NCBI GenBank assembly: GCA_963666515.2
Contig: OY762897.2
Location: forward strand, 3,355,912-3,419,911
Length of the DNA: 64,000 nucleotides
Origin: Candidatus Binatia bacterium
GTDB lineage: Bacteria > Desulfobacterota > Binatia > UBA9968 > JAJDTQ01
Direction of reading: 5' to 3'
In this document: in pieces, positions 62,124 through 64,000 of the stretch
How positions within the stretch are numbered: position 1 is the stretch's first letter
Layout of the letters: each line of letters starts with the position of its first letter
Made by a program: the position numbers and the translations under genes
The notes under the pieces: model-generated
What the model was told of the DNA's origin: nothing
Databases searched by the model: none
What the model saw: only the letters and a program-made list of their open reading frames with translations

Positions 62124-64000
62124 TCAGGAAATTCGGGACACGATCTCCCGTGCCAGCCGCAACGCCTCGTCGGTCTTCTGCGGCTGCTTGCCGCCCGCCT
62201 GGGCGAAGTCCGCGCGGCCGCCGCCGCCGCCGCCGACGGCCGGCGCCACCTGCTTGATGATGTCTCCCGCGTGGTAGCGCCCGTCCAGCCCGCTGCCGCC
62301 GCCGGCCGCCAGCATCACGTTCTTCTCGCCCGGGCACGCCAGGAACACGAAGGCGTCCGGCATCTGCTGCCGGAGTTGGTCCACGGTGTCCCGGAGCTGT
62401 CTGCCGTCCAACCCCTCGACTTTCTCGATGATGTAGCTCGCGCCCGCGGCGTTCTGCTGCGCCTTTCCGAGAAGCTCCGGCACCCGGTTCTGCCCGATCT
62501 GGCCCTTGAGGTCCGCCACCTGCCGTTCCAGCTCCTTCTGCCGTTCCAGCAGCCGCCGCACCTTGTCGACGGCGTCCTCGCTGGTGCTACGGAGCAGCCC
62601 GTTGATCTCAGCCAGGACCGAGTCGTAGGCGTGCATCACGTCGAAGGCGGTGGCGCCGGTGACCGCCTCGATGCGCCGCACCCCCGCGGACACGCCGCCC
62701 TCGGCGCTCAGCCGAAACAGCCCGATGTCGCCAGCCTGCTGGATGTGGGTGCCGCCGCACAGCTCGGTGGAGAAGTCGCCGATGCGCACCACCCGCACGC
62801 GGTCACCGTACTTGTCTCCGAAGAACGCCATGGCGCCGGCCTGGATGGCGTCGTCGTAGTCCATCTCCTCGGTGGAGACCCCGTCGTTCTCCCGGATCAG
62901 CCGGTTCACCTCCCGCTCGATGCGTTCCAGGCTCTCCGGCCCCACCGGGCCGCCGTGGGTGAAGTCGAACCGCAGCCGGTCCGGCGCCACCAGCGACCCC
63001 GCCTGGCGCAGGTTCGTTCCCAATTCGTCCCGTAGCACCGCGTGCAGGATGTGGGTGGCCGAGTGGTTGAGCATGGCGCGCTGCCGCCGCTCGCCGTCCA
63101 CTGCGAGATCCACGTCGTCCCCCGCCGCAACCCGGCCGCTGACGACCTTTCCGCGGTGCACCGACACCTCCGGCGTCGGGTGCCATGTGTCCAGCACCTC
63201 CACGGTATCGCCGCGGGCCGTACGGATGATGCCCCGGTCGCCCACCTGGCCGCCGGACTCGGCGTAGAACGGGGTCTCCGTGACGATGATGTCCACGTCG
63301 TCGCCTTCCTCGGCCTCTTCCACCGGCGCGTCGCCGCGATAGAGCCCCGTCACCCGCGAGTCGTGGTTCAGGCGGTCATAGCCCAGGAAGCGGCTCTGGG
63401 GCAGCGCTCCGGCCACGTTCAGCCCCTCGCCGCGTCCGCCGGTCTCGCGGGCGGCACGGCCCCGCGTCCGCTGCTCGTCCATCAGCCGCTCGAACCCCTC
63501 GTGATCGACGGCGATGCCCTCGTTCCGCAGGATGTCCTCGGTCAGGTCCACGGGGAAGCCGTAGGTGTCGTACAGCCGGAAGGCCACGTCCCCGGGCAGC
63601 GACTTGCCGCCGGTCCTGCGCAGTTCCGCCAGCGAGTCCTCCAGCAGGACGAGCCCCTTGTCCAGGGTCTCGGCGAAGCGCCCTTCCTCGGCCTGGATGG
63701 TCTCACCGATGCGCTCCGCCTCGGACCGCAACTCGGGGTAGGCTTCACCCAGGACGCCGGCTACCGGCTCCACCAGGCGGAACAGGAACGGCTCCTCGAA
63801 GCCCAGCAATCGCCCGTGCCGGGCAGCCCGCCTGAGCAGCCGGCGGAGCACGTAGCCGCGGCCGTCGTTGCTCGGCAGCACGCCGTCGGCGATGAGGGAG
63901 TTTACGGCGCGGGCGTGGTCGGCGATGACGCGGAAGGACACGTCGGCCTCGTCGTTCTCTCCGTAGGCCTTCCCGGCCAGTTCTTCGGTGGCGGTGATGA
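62124..64000 (-). CDS. alaS: alanine--tRNA ligase, C-terminal about 625 codons (5' end outside the window)
   Basis: VIADHARA...GRGYVLRRLLRRA, editing-domain HSATHILH...CGGTH and a C-terminal DHHA1-like GGGGGRADFAQAGG. The reading frame is open to the window edge. Confidence 0.9.
   Translation of the reverse strand, partial: ITATEELAGKAYGENDEADVSFRVIADHARAVNSLIADGVLPSNDGRGYVLRRLLRRAARHGRLLGFEEPFLFRLVEPVAGVLGEAYPELRSEAERIGETIQAEEGRFAETLDKGLVLLEDSLAELRRTGGKSLPGDVAFRLYDTYGFPVDLTEDILRNEGIAVDHEGFERLMDEQRTRGRAARETGGRGEGLNVAGALPQSRFLGYDRLNHDSRVTGLYRGDAPVEEAEEGDDVDIIVTETPFYAESGGQVGDRGIIRTARGDTVEVLDTWHPTPEVSVHRGKVVSGRVAAGDDVDLAVDGERRQRAMLNHSATHILHAVLRDELGTNLRQAGSLVAPDRLRFDFTHGGPVGPESLERIEREVNRLIRENDGVSTEEMDYDDAIQAGAMAFFGDKYGDRVRVVRIGDFSTELCGGTHIQQAGDIGLFRLSAEGGVSAGVRRIEAVTGATAFDVMHAYDSVLAEINGLLRSTSEDAVDKVRRLLERQKELERQVADLKGQIGQNRVPELLGKAQQNAAGASYIIEKVEGLDGRQLRDTVDQLRQQMPDAFVFLACPGEKNVMLAAGGGSGLDGRYHAGDIIKQVAPAVGGGGGGRADFAQAGGKQPQKTDEALRLAREIVSRIS

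Overview
High-GC (roughly 65-70% by eye) bacterial chromosomal window. It is densely coding and has no rRNA, tRNA or CRISPR array that I could find. All calls come from the ORF track plus motifs recognised by eye; no database search was run.

Most of the window is heterotroph housekeeping and catabolism:
- Transport: TAXI-TRAP and TTT (TctC/TctA) transporters and orphan solute-binding proteins.
- Enzymes: hydrolases, oxidoreductases, a PLP decarboxylase, a hydantoinase-B protein, a TPP enzyme and an IDH-family dehydrogenase.
- Conserved block at the right end: Mrp/DUF971/DUF59, UvrA, prfB, ybeY, phoH, alaS.

Observations worth follow-up:
1. A DarT-DarG toxin-antitoxin pair in which darT is broken by an exact in-frame 174-bp inversion carrying the catalytic motif. 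It lies two genes downstream of an EndoQ-like PHP nuclease fused to a UvrD helicase, with one lipoprotein gene between.
2. A DsbA/FrnE-like gene whose first redox cysteine codon is TGA (U-P-W-C), with a hairpin 11 nt downstream. This is a candidate selenoprotein.
3. A 1,888-aa single-chain tandem UvrA-UvrA.
4. A REP-like palindromic repeat family, plus a solitary RAYT-like Y1 transposase-domain gene.
5. A lower-GC accessory patch at about 39-46 kb. It holds a Fic protein with a symmetric promoter/operator, a DUF4238 protein, a decayed IS3 element, a solo IS end, a very AT-rich small secreted-protein gene and an uncharacterised protein.

The long Arg/Gly/Pro-rich ORFs lying antisense to recognisable genes are treated as GC artefacts.
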